Assembly: GCA_964016885.1 (NCBI GenBank)
Contig: OZ024743.1
Span: 128,774,001-128,838,000, forward strand
DNA length: 64,000 nt
Origin: Eledone cirrhosa
Taxonomy: Eukaryota
Direction of reading: 5' to 3'
Of this stretch, positions 40,199 to 51,800 are shown piece after piece. The notes beneath the pieces were generated by a model. The model searched no databases, was not told the DNA's origin, and saw only the letters and a list, made by a program, of their open reading frames with translations. Position 1 is the stretch's first letter. The number at the start of each line of letters is the position of its first letter. The translations under genes and the position numbers were made by a program.

Positions 40199-40760
40199 CT
40201 CTTCTTCTTCTTCTTCTTCTTCTTCTTCTTCTTCTTCTTCTTCTTCTTCTTTGCCCACTCAGGGTCCTGTCAGATGCAACCATCTCCAACTGATCCTGCT
40301 GGATCATCAAGCGACACAAGCCAAGCTCATGGATGTTATCCAACCATCTTGCTCAGGGTCTATCCCTGGGTCTCCTGCCGGTTGGTTTTACCCGTAAAAT
40401 TTGTCCAGCGATTCATTCCCGAGACATTCTAACCACATGCCCATAGTATCGGATCTGTGATCTCTCAATTCGGAGAAGTAGTTGCTCTACCTGGAGTGGC
40501 TCTCTGATCTCCGAGCTACACACTTTATCGAGTAATGTTACTCCAAAGACCCTTCAGAAGAACGCCGCTCTTCTGAAGGCCGCTTGTATTCGCGATCACT
40601 GGTGAACACGGCTCTGAGATACTTGGAACTCTCCACTTGCTTCAGTGGAACTCCATTGACATGTACAGTGCACTGCGCAGCTTCCTTGTCTCAGTTTTCG
40701 CAGTACTGATTTTCATTCCAGCCATGCAGCACTTGGCATCAAACCTATCAAATGCAATGG
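40199..40760 (-). mobile_element. RTE LINE 3' fragment with (GAA)n tail
   Basis: Minus: LRIERSQIRYYGHVVRMSRE..GRRPRDRP*ARWLD; upstream LKQVESSKYL; (CTT)n at 40199-40251. Confidence 0.75.
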
Positions 40761-41271
40761 ATATATTATTTGAAAAAATATAATGAAGCATTTTATTCTA
40801 ATTCAATAATCCTATATATTTAACGTAGAGATGGTCTCTGGTTCAGCTCTGTGGATAAGGAGTTATCGCTAAAAATTGATTTGGGGTTCACTACTGATGA
40901 ATGAAAACGTGACCAAGAAATTTCGAATTTACTCTCTAGTTGATAAATGCCTCGTGAGTAAAATATTTAGAGGGAACGTGTGTAGATACCTGGAGAACTC
41001 CACCGAGTGTGTGTATATACGTGTTTGTGAGTGTGTGTGTAAGTGTGTTTGTATGTGTGTGTAAGTGTTTGATGGGTGTATGCGTATGTGTTTCTGTTTG
41101 AGTGGGTTTGTGTGTTTGTCTTTATGTGCGTTTAAATATATATATAAATATATATAAATATAGATAGGAGTTTCTATTTAACGAGGCGCTTTTAGTCGCT
41201 TTTGTATGAAAACGTTGGACCCTCTGTATTTTAAAAACTTGGAACATAAATTCAATAAAAACATCAAATAT

Positions 41272-41490
41272 CTTAGTCGATCGACTTTCGTCAAATCGGA
41301 CCGAGGCAACAATGCTTCCGTTGGTCTTTCCAATTGCTAATACTATCTATCGGTCGCAACTCCAGGTAGAAGGAGCAACGTGAAATAAAGTGTCTTGCTC
41401 AAGGACATAACGCATCACCTGGTCCAGGAATCGAACTCACAACCTTACGATTGCGAATCCAATTCTCTAACTACTCAGCCACATGCCTTC
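41272..41490 (-). mobile_element. tRNA-derived SINE with an 11-bp target-site duplication
   Basis: ACATCAAATAT at 41261-41271 and 41491-41501; B-box gagttcgattcc on minus. It interrupts a copy of the tRNA-array leader. Confidence 0.8.
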
Positions 41491-42020
41491 ACATCAAATA
41501 TAAAACATCAAATATAAAACTTCCCAAAAGTATTAATATGATATATGAATACTATTTTCCGGTCTACCGAGTTGCCGTTCAAATTCTCAAGGCTTTAGCT
41601 CCCTGTTAGAGCCAGTTTTGCTATGACCATAAATAAAGTTCAGGTTCAGAGTGTCAAAGTTGCTGTCCTCCGGAACAACGCCTTCTCCATTATGTCCGCC
41701 GGGGCTGTGGGGAGACAAGCCGATTATATTACGAATTCTATTGAATAGTCTTAAATACGTTTATTTTAGAATATGAGGGAATCAGTTGCTACCAATGGAC
41801 ATTTATATATAATTTGTTTATTAGTAGAACACGTAGTAATCTTCATATGCTATGTATAAACGGTACAATAAACAATCTGCTGTATCTGTAATGTTTTTTC
41901 TCGGCTCTTACTTTAAACCAGACAACACATATAATCAGGGACGTTAAGTGTCATAATTCTTTAAAATGGTAAATATATTGAATAAAAACATGAAATATCA
42001 CACATTTCACAATTTTTATA

Positions 42021-42100
42021 TATGTGAAAGGTTATGTGAAAGGTTCTGTCGGTCTTCTCTTATCATGTGTTACCCGGGCGAAGACGGGTACCTCAGCTAG
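42021..42100 (+). mobile_element. Mini-Helitron 3' end inserted at the left edge of the tRNA array
   Basis: Hairpin tacccg-ggcgaaga-cgggta then cctcagCTAG|T. It interrupts ttttatata|tcaaaactaa, which is contiguous in other array units. Confidence 0.65.
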
Positions 42101-42312
42101 TCAAAACTAAATAAGAATATGATTTGAAAAAGAGAAAAAGAACTATTTTGATCTTCTTTATCAGTTCTATGAAAAGTTTGGACCCTCTGTATTTTAAAAA
42201 CTAAGAACATAAATTCAATAAAAACATCAAATATGAAACTTCCCAAAAGTTATTTATATAATTTACATAATACTATAATATATGAATACTATTTCCTGTC
42301 GCAAATACGAAT

Positions 42313-42385
42313 GGCCGCGTGGCGTAATGGATAAGGCGTCTGACTTCGAATCAGAAGATTGTGAGTTCGATTCACTTCGTGGTTT
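42313..42385 (+). pseudogene. tRNA-Arg(TCG) pseudogene A1
   Basis: Anticodon arm intact; D stem (GCGT) and T stem (GTGAG/CACTT) mismatched. Confidence 0.75.
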
Positions 42386-42843
42386 TCAAGTTTTGATCTA
42401 CATTCTCTATCACACATGAATAAAACAAACATTTGTAATAATTTAAACTATTTGCGAATCAGAAAATTTAATGTCTGTATGTTCCACAGAGTCTTGGAAA
42501 TACTGTGTTTAACAAAATATTTTGTCTGCAAATATAGACATGGGTGCTGCTATGACTGTATAACTAGAATTTATCATCACAGCAATATGGTTTCAATAGC
42601 AGAGCCACTTGTTGAAAACTTTCACCAAACTCTTCTTCTGTAGGTACATAGAAAAGTCGTTCATATGATATTTCAGTTGTATTTTCTCCAAGCAAATATA
42701 ATTCGCCGCGTGGCATAATGGGTAAGGACCCTCTGTATTTAAAAAAACTTGGAACAAAAATGCAATTAAAACATCAAATATAAAACTTCACAAAAGTTAT
42801 TAATATAATTTATGAATACTATTTTCCTGTCGCAGATCTCAAT

Positions 42844-42915
42844 AGCCATGTGATCTAATGGATAAGGCGTTTCACTGCGAATCAGAAATTGCGAGTTCGA
42901 GTCTCGTCGTGGTTT
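42844..42915 (+). pseudogene. tRNA-Arg-derived pseudogene B1 (anticodon position GCG)
   Basis: 72 nt; broken anticodon stem TTTCA/TCAGA; intact GTTCGA. Confidence 0.75.
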
Positions 42916-43574
42916 TAACCTTTTAATCTATATTTTCTATCTGTCACACATGTTTATTACGAAAATATTTTTATATTTTTGAAGTAAATGGAAACAATTT
43001 TGATCTTTATCAATTCAGCGCTTGAAAAACAAATTGAAAGAAATGAATGAAACAGTGCAGTGAGGTCTCTGTGTCGGTCGGAACAAACACCGCCATGTCT
43101 TTCATCCAATATCGGATCAGACCTCTAGTTGGCTGCTTAAATTTTAATTTAAGCCTTTAGTTAACATATTTCTCATGAAATATAAAGCCTATATATTTCA
43201 AATAATGTTGAAAGCAATCAGGAATTTGGAGAGGGCTTATTTAAATAACTAACCTACTCATTATTATGATGGAAGAATTTGAAATACAAAGTTAAATACT
43301 TTCAATTTAAAACGATGGTATCATAGAAGCAGTGACTGATTTACGGGGTTGATCATCTTTATTTTTTAATAAATGGTAAATATATTGAATAAAAACATAT
43401 GAAATATCACATATTTTAAAACTTTTTATATAATATATTATGAGAGTTCCTTATTGCTCCTATAGAGATACGACGTTTATACTTCGAATTTCGACCCTCT
43501 GTATTTTAAAATTTAGAACATAAATTCAATAAAAACACATTTTATATCAACCTTCTAAGAAGTTATTTGTAAAT

Positions 43575-43647
43575 GGCCTCGTGGCCTAATGGATAAGGCG
43601 TCTGACTTCGAATTAGAAGATTGCGAGTTCGAGTCTCATCGTGGTCT
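43575..43647 (+). tRNA. tRNA-Arg(TCG) copy A2, likely impaired
   Basis: A and B boxes intact; T:T mismatch in the acceptor stem and C:A in the T stem. Confidence 0.55.
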
Positions 43648-44288
43648 TCAAGTTTTGATCTAGATTCTCTATCACACAAGATTATTACAAACATTTGTCA
43701 AATTTTAAACTATTTGCGAATCAGAATATTTCAGTTTCGTGTCTCGACGTTGTTGCAGCTATAATTTTTTTTTTTCGCTTCTCTTAGTCTATAAAACATT
43801 GTTACTACTATCACATTTTTATATATCAAAACTAAATTAAAATATAATTTGAAAAGAAAAATAAAGAACTATTTCGATCTTTTTCAATTCTGCATATTTA
43901 ATGTCTGTATGTTCCACAGAGTCTTGGAAATACTGTGTTTAACAAAATTTTCGTCTGCAAATATAGACATGGGTGCTGCTATGACTGTATAACTAGAATT
44001 TATCATCACAGCAATATGGTTTCAATAGCAGAGCCACTTGTTAAAAACTTTCAACAATCTCTCCTTCTGTAGGTACATACAAAAGCCGTTTATATGATAT
44101 TTCAGTTGTATTTTCTCCAAGCGAATATGATTCGCCGCCTGGCATAATGGATAAGGATCACTATTTTTGGACCCTCTGTATTTTTAAAAAAACTTGGAAC
44201 CTAAATGCAATAAAAACATCAAAAATAAAACTTCACAAAAGTTATTAATATAATTTATGAATACTATTTTCCGGTCGCGCATATCAAT

Positions 44289-44360
44289 AACCGCGTGAAC
44301 TAATGGATAAGGCATCTGACCTCGAATCAGAGATTGTGAGTTTGAGTCTCGACGTGTTTG
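44289..44360 (+). pseudogene. tRNA-Arg pseudogene B2
   Basis: Multiple stem mismatches; T loop TTTGA. Confidence 0.7.
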
Positions 44361-45012
44361 TAAACTTTTAATCTATATTTTCTTTATATTTTTGAAGTAA
44401 ATGGAAACATAATATATGTTTTTAAGCATGAAGAATTTTGATCTTTATCAATTCAGCGCTTGAAAAACGAATTGAAAGAAATTAATGAAACTGTGCAGTG
44501 AGGTCTCTGTGTCGGTCGGAACAAACACCGCCAAGTCTTTCATCCAATATCGGATCAGACCTCTAGTTCGCTGCTTAAATTTTAATTTAAGCCTTTAGTT
44601 AACATATTTCTCATGAAATATACTGCCTATATATTTCAAATAATGTTGAAAGCAATCAGGAATTTGGAGAGGGCTTATTAAAATAACTAACCTACTCATT
44701 ATTATGATGGAAGTATTTGAAATACAAAGTTAAATACTTTCAAATTAAAACGTTGGGATCATAGAACCAGTGACTGATTTACGGGGTTGAACATCTTTAT
44801 TTTTTAACAAATGGTAAATATATTGAATAAAAACACATAAAATATCACATATTTTAAAACTTTTTATATAATATATTATGAGATTCCCTTATTGCTCCTA
44901 TATAGATACGACGTTTAAACTTCGAATTACGACCCTCTGTATGTTAAAATTTAGAACATAAATTCAATAAAAACACATTTTATATAAAACTTTTCAGAAG
45001 CTATTAGTAAAT

Positions 45013-45085
45013 GGCTTCGTGGCCCAATGGATAAAGCGTCTGACTTCGAATCTGAAGATTACGAGTTCGAGTCTCGTCGTGGTCT
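45013..45085 (+). pseudogene. tRNA-Arg(TCG) pseudogene A3
   Basis: Anticodon stem TCTGA/TCTGA mismatch; D stem weakened; B box intact. Confidence 0.7.
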
Positions 45086-45731
45086 TCAAGTTTTGATTTA
45101 CATTTTATATCACACATGATTATTACAAACATTTGTCAAATTTTAAACTATTTGCGAATCAGAAGATTTCAGTTTCGTGTCTCGTCGTTGTTGCAGCTTT
45201 CATTTTTTTTTTTTTCGCTTCTCTTAGTCTATAAAACATTGTTACTACTATCACATTTTTATATATCAAAACTAAATTAAAATATAATTCGAAAAGAAAA
45301 ATAAAGAACTATTTCGATCTTCGTTTTCAATTCTGCATATTTAATGTCTGTATGTTCCACAGAGTCTTGGAAATACTGTGTTTAACAAAATATTTCGTCT
45401 GCAAATATAGACATGGGTGCTGCTATGACTGTATAACTAGAATTTATCATCACAGCAATATGGTTTCAATAGCAGAGCCACTTGTTGAAAACTTTCAACA
45501 ATCTCTTCTTCTGTAGGTACATACAAAAGTCGTTTATATGATATTTCAGTTGTATTTTCTCCAATCGAATATGATTCGCCGCGTGGCATAATGGATAAGG
45601 ATCACTATTTTTGGACCCTCTGTATTTAAAAAAAACTTGGAACCTAAATGCAATAAAAACATCAAATATAAAACTTCACAAAAGTTATTAATATAATTCA
45701 TGAATATTATTTTCCTGTCGCGGATCTCAAT

Positions 45732-45803
45732 AGCCGCGTGATCTAATGGATAAGGCATTTCACTGCGAATCAGAGATTGCGAGTTTGAGTCTCGACGTGT
45801 TTT
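45732..45803 (+). pseudogene. tRNA-Arg-derived pseudogene B3 (GCG)
   Basis: Like B1, with T loop TTTGA. Confidence 0.7.
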
Positions 45804-46488
45804 TAAACTTTTAATCTATATTTTCTATCTGTCACACATGATTATTACGAAAAGTTTTTTTTATATTTTTGAAGTAAATGGAAACATAATATATGTTTTT
45901 AAGCATCAAGAATTATGATCTTTATCAATTCAGCGCTTGAAAAACGAATTGAAAGAAATGAATGAAACTGTGAGTGAGATCTCTGGGTCGGTCGGAACAA
46001 ACACCGCCATGTCTTTCATCCAATACCGGATCAGACCTCTAGTTCGCTGCTCAAATTTTAATTTAAGACTTTAGTTAACATATTTCTCATGAAATATACT
46101 GCCTATATATTTCAAATAATGTTGAAAGCAATCAGGAATTTGGAGAGGGCTTATTAAAATAACTAACCTACTCATTATTATGATGGAATAATTTGAAATA
46201 CAAAGTTAAATACTTTCAAATTAAAACGTTGGTATCATAGAACCAGTGACTGATTTACGGGGTTGATCATCTTTATTTTTTAATAAATGGTAAATATATT
46301 GAATAAAAACACATAAAATATCACATATTTTAAAACTTTTTATATAATATATTATGAGATTCCATTATTGTTCATATAGAGATACGACGTTTAAACTTTG
46401 AATTTGGACCCTCTGTACTTTAAAATTTAGAACATAAATTCAATAAAAACACATTTTATATAAAACTTCTAAGAAGTTATTTGTAAAT

Positions 46489-46561
46489 GGCCTCGTGGCC
46501 CAATGGATAAGGCGTCTGACTTCGAATCAGAAGATTACGAGTTCGAGTCTCGTCGTGGTCT
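46489..46561 (+). tRNA. tRNA-Arg(TCG) copy A4, best preserved in the array
   Basis: Perfect anticodon arm and T arm (ACGAG/CTCGT); one T:T mismatch in the acceptor stem; TTTT ~7 nt downstream. Confidence 0.7.
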
Positions 46562-47206
46562 TCAAGTTTTGATCTACATTCTCTATCACACATGATTATT
46601 ACAAACATTTGTCAAATTTTAAACTATTTGCGAATCAGAAGATTTAAGTTTCGTGTCTCGTCGTTGTTGCAGCCTTCACTTTTTTTTTTTTGCCTCTCTT
46701 AGTCTATAAAACATTGTTACTACTATCACATTTTTATGTATCAAAACTAAATTAAAATATAATTTGAAAAGAAAAATAAAGAACTATTTCGATCTTCTTT
46801 TTCAATTCTGCATATTTAATGTCTGTATGTTCCACAGAGTCTTGGAAATACTGTGTTTAACAAAATATTTCGTCTGCAAATATAGACATGGGTGCTGCTA
46901 TGACTGTATAACTAGAATTTATCATCACAGCAATATGGTTTCAATAGCAGAGCCACTTGTTGAAAACTTTCACCAAAATTTTCTTCTGTAGGTACATACA
47001 AAAGTCGTTTATATGATATTTCAGTTGTATTTTCTCCAAGCAAATATGATTCGCCGCCTGGCATAATGGATAAGGATCACTATTTTTGGACCCTCTGTAT
47101 TTTAAAAAAACTTGGAACCTAAGTGCAATAAAAACATCAAAAATAAAACTTCACAAAAGTTATTAATATAATTTATGAATACTATTTTCCTGTCGCGGAT
47201 CTCAAT

Positions 47207-47278
47207 AGCCGCGTGATCTAATGGATAAGGCGTTTCACCGCTAATCAGAGATTGTGAGTTCGAGTCTCGTTGTTGTTG
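47207..47278 (+). pseudogene. tRNA-Arg-derived pseudogene B4
   Basis: Anticodon arm destroyed; GTTCGA retained. Confidence 0.7.
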
Positions 47279-47962
47279 TAAACTTTTAATCTATATTTTC
47301 TATCTGTCACACATGATTATTACGAAAATTTGTTTATATTTTTGAAGTAAATGGAAACATAATATATGTTTTTAAGCATCACGAATTATGATCTTTATCA
47401 ATTCAGCGCTTGAAAAACGAATTGAAAGAAATGAATGAAACTGTGCAGTGAGGTCTCTGTGTCGGTCGGAACAAACACCGCCATGTCTTTCATTCAATAC
47501 CGGATCAGACCTTTAGTTGCCTGCTTAAATTTTAATTTAAGCCTTTTGTTAACATATTTCTCATGAAATATACTGCCTATATATTTCAAATAATGTATAA
47601 ACCAATCAGGAATTTGGAGAGGGCTTATTAAAATAACTAACCTACTCATTATTATGATGGAAGAATTTTAAATACAAAGTTAAATACTTTCAAATTAAAA
47701 CGTTGGTATCATAGAAGCAGTGACTGATTTACGGGGTTGATCATCTTGATTTTTTTAATAAATGGTAAATATATTGAATAAAAACACATAAAATATCACA
47801 TATTTTAAACCTTTCTATATAATATATTATGAGATTCCCTTATTGCTCCTATAGAGATACGACGTCTAAACTTCGAATTTCGACCCTCTGTACTTTAAAA
47901 TTTAGAACATAAATTCAATAAAAACACATTTTATATAAAACTTCTAAGAAGTTATTTGTAAA

Positions 47963-48035
47963 TGCTTCGTGGCCCAATGGATAAGGCGTCTGACTTCGAA
48001 TTAGAAGATTGCGAGTTCGAGTCTCTTCGTGGTCT
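47963..48035 (+). pseudogene. tRNA-Arg(TCG) pseudogene A5
   Basis: First G lost; acceptor and T stem mismatches; A/B boxes retained. Confidence 0.7.
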
Positions 48036-48682
48036 TCAAGTTTTGATATACATTCTCTATCACACAAGATTATTACAAACGTTTGTCAAATTTTAAACTA
48101 TTTGCGAATCAGAAGATTTTAGTTTCGTGTCTCGTCGTTGTTGCAGCCTTCATTTTTTTTTTTTTTTGCTTCTCTTAGTCTATAAAACATTGTTACTACT
48201 ATCACATTTTTATATATCAAAACTAAATTAAAATATAATTTGAAAAGAAAAATAAAGAACTATTTCGATCTTCTTTTTCAATTCTGCATATTTAATGTCT
48301 GTATGTTCCACAGAGTCTTGGAAATACTGTGTTTAACAAAATTTTCGTATGCAAATATAGACATGGGTGCTGCTATGACTGTATAACTAGAATTTATCAT
48401 TACAGCAATATGGTTTCAATAGCAGAGCCACTTGTTGAAAACTTTCAACAATCTCTTCTTCTGTAGGTACATTCAAAAGTCGTTTATATGATATTTCAGT
48501 TGTATTTTCTCCAATCGAATATGATTCGCCACGTGGCATAATGGATAAGGATCACTATTTTTGGACCCTCTGTATTTAAAAAAAAACTTGGAACATAAAT
48601 GCAATAAAAACATCAAATATAAAACTTCACAAAACTTATTAATATAAGTTATGAATAATATTTTCCGGTCGCGCATATCAAT

Positions 48683-48754
48683 AACCGCGTGTTCTAATGG
48701 TTAAGGCATCTGACTTCGAATCAGAGATTGTGAGGTCGAGTCTTGTCGTGTTTG
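48683..48754 (+). pseudogene. tRNA-Arg(TCG) pseudogene B5
   Basis: Anticodon arm intact; T loop GTCGA; D arm mutated. Confidence 0.7.
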
Positions 48755-48855
48755 TAAACGTTTAATCTATATTTTCTATCTGTCACACATGATTATTACG
48801 AAAAGTCTTTTTATATTTTTAAAGTAGATGTAAACATAAATTTTAAGAATCACGA

Positions 48856-51800
48856 AGCCAAACATCAAACAGCAAACAGCAAACACCAAATACCAAATAG
48901 CAAACACCAAACAGCAAACAGCAAACAGCAAACACCAAACACCAAATAGCAAACACCAAACACCAAACAGCAAACACCAAACAGCAAACACCAAACACCA
49001 AACAGCAAACACCAAACAGCAAACGCCAAACAGCAAACACCAAACACCAAACACAAAACACCAAGCACCAAGCACAAAACACCAAGCAACAAGCACCAAG
49101 TACCAAACACCAAGCACCAAGCACCAAACACCAAGCACCAATCACCAGGCATCAAGCACCAAGCACCAAGCACCAAGCACCAAACACCAAGCACCAAGCA
49201 CCAATCACCAAACACCAAGCACCAAGCAACAAACACCAAACACCAAACACCAAACACCAAACACCAAGCACCAAGCACCAAGCACCAAACACCAAGCACC
49301 AAGCACCGAACACCAAACACCAAACACCAAGCACCAAGCACCAAACACCAAACACCAAGTACCAAGCACCAAATACCAAGCACCAAGCACCAACACCAAA
49401 CACCAAACACCAAGCACCAAGCACCAAACACCGAGCACCAAGCACCAAGCACCAAACACCAACCACCAAGCACCAAGCACCAAACCCAAGCACCAAGCAC
49501 CAAACACCAAACACCAAGCACCAAGCACCAGACACCAATCAGCAAGCACCGAGCACCAAACACCAAGCACCAAACACCAAACATCAAGCATCAAGAACCA
49601 AGCACCAAACACCGAGCACCAAGCACCAAACACCAAGCACCAAGCACCAAACACCAAGCACCAAACACCAAGCACCAAGCACCAAGCACCAAGCACCAAA
49701 AACCAAGCCCCAAGCACCAAGCACCAAACACCAAGCACCAAACACCAAACACCAAGCACCAAGCACCAAACACCAAGCACCAAGCGCCAAACACGAAACA
49801 CAAAGTACCAAGCACCAAACACCAGACACCAAGCACTAAGAACCAAACACCAGATACCAAGCACAAAGCACCAAGCACCAAGCACCAAACACCAAGCCCC
49901 AAGCACGAAGCACCAAACACCAAACACCAAACACCAAACAGCAAACACCACACACCAAGCACCAAACACCGAGCACCAAGCACCAAGCACCAAACACCAA
50001 CCACCAAGCACCAAGCACCAAACCCAAGCACCAAGCACCAAACACCAAACACCAAGCACCAAGCACCAGACACCAATCAGCAAGCACCGAGCACCAAACA
50101 CCAAGCACCAAACACCAAACATCAAGCATCAAGAACCAAGCACCAAACACCGAGCACCAAGCACCAAACACCAAGCACCAAGCACCAAACACCAAGCACC
50201 AAACACCAAGCACCAAGCACCAAGCACCAAGCACCAAAAACCAAGCCCCAAGCACCAAGCACCAAACACCAAGCACCAAACACCAAACACCAAGCACCAA
50301 GCACCAAACACCAAGCACCAAGCGCCAAACACGAAACACAAAGTACCAAGCACCAAACACCAGACACCAAGCACTAAGAACCAAACACCAGATACCAAGC
50401 ACAAAGCACCAAGCACCAAGCACCAAACACCAAGCCCCAAGCACGAAGCACCAAACACCAAACACCAAACACCAAACAGCAAACACCACACACCAAACAC
50501 CAAACACCAAAAACCAAGCACCAAGCACCAAACACCAAACACCGCGCACCAAGCACCAAACACCAAACACCAAGCACCAAGCACAAAGCACCAAGCACCA
50601 AACACCAAACACCAAGCACCAAACACCAAACACCAAGCACCAAGCCCCAAACACCAAACACCAAGCACCAAGCAGCAAACACCAAAGACCAAGCACCAAG
50701 CACCAAACACCAAGCACCAAGCACCAAGCACCAAACACCAAGTGCCAAGCACCAAACAACAATCACCAATCACCAAGCATCAAGCACCAAGCACCAAGCA
50801 CCAAGCACCAAACACCAAGCACCAAGCACCCAGCACCAAACTCCAAGCACCAAACACCAAGCACCAAACACCAAGCACCAAGCACCAAGCACGAAGCACC
50901 AAAAACCAAGCACCAAGCACCAAACACCAAACACCAACCACCAAACACCAATCACCAAGCACCAACCATCAAACACCAAGCACTAAGCGCCAAACACCAA
51001 ACACCAAGCACAAAGCACCAAACACCAAGCACCAAGCACCAAGCACCAAACACCAATCTCCAAACACCAATCACCAAACACCAAGCACCAAGCACCAAAC
51101 ACCAGACACCAAGCACCAAGCACCAAGCACCAAACACCAGACACCAAGCACCAAGCACCAAACACCAAACACCAAGCACCAAGCCCCAAACACCAAACAC
51201 CAAGCACCAAGCAGCAAACACCAAAGACCAAGCACCAAGCACCAAACACCAAGCACCAAGCACCAAGCACCAAACACCAAGTGCCAAGCACCAAACAACA
51301 AGCACCAATCACCAAGCATCAAGCACCAAGCACCAAGCACCAAGCACCAAACACCAAGCACCAAGCACCAAGCACCAAACACCAAGCACCAAACACCAAG
51401 CACCAAACACCAAGCTCCAAGCACCAAGCACGAAGCACCAAAAACCAAGCACCAAGCACCAAACACCAAACACCAACCACCAAACACCAAACACCAAGCA
51501 CCAACCATCAAACACCAAGCACTAAGAGCCAAACACCAAACACCAAGCACCAAGCACCAAACACCAAGCACCAAGCACCAAGCACCAAACACCAATCTCC
51601 AAACACCAATCACCAAACACCAAGCACCAAGCACCAAACACCAGACAACAAGCACCAAGCACCAAACACCAAATACCAAGCACCAGGCACTAAACACCAA
51701 ACACCAAGCTCCAAGCACCAAGCACCAAGCACCAAACACCAAACAGCAAACACCAAACACCAAACACCAAACACCAAACACCAAGCACCAAGCACCAAGC

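Larger units (their letters stand above)
42101..48855 (+). repeat. Tandem array of ~1.45-kb units (5, the first partly deleted), each with two tRNA-Arg-derived copies plus half-tRNA fragments
   Basis: Type-A copies at 42313, 43575, 45013, 46489 and 47963 (spacings 1262, 1438, 1476, 1474). Type-B copies at 42844, 44289, 45732, 47207 and 48683. Spacers are conserved. Confidence 0.93.

Noticed and set aside
42844-45803. Functional tRNA-Arg(GCG) from B1/B3
   Set aside because: The anticodon and D stems are mismatched, which is consistent with pseudogenes.
42416-46991. Repeated 75-aa ORF (..FNVCMFHRVLEILCLTK..) in the tRNA array spacer
   Set aside because: The N-termini differ between copies and the frame is broken by indels in other units; it is spacer sequence.
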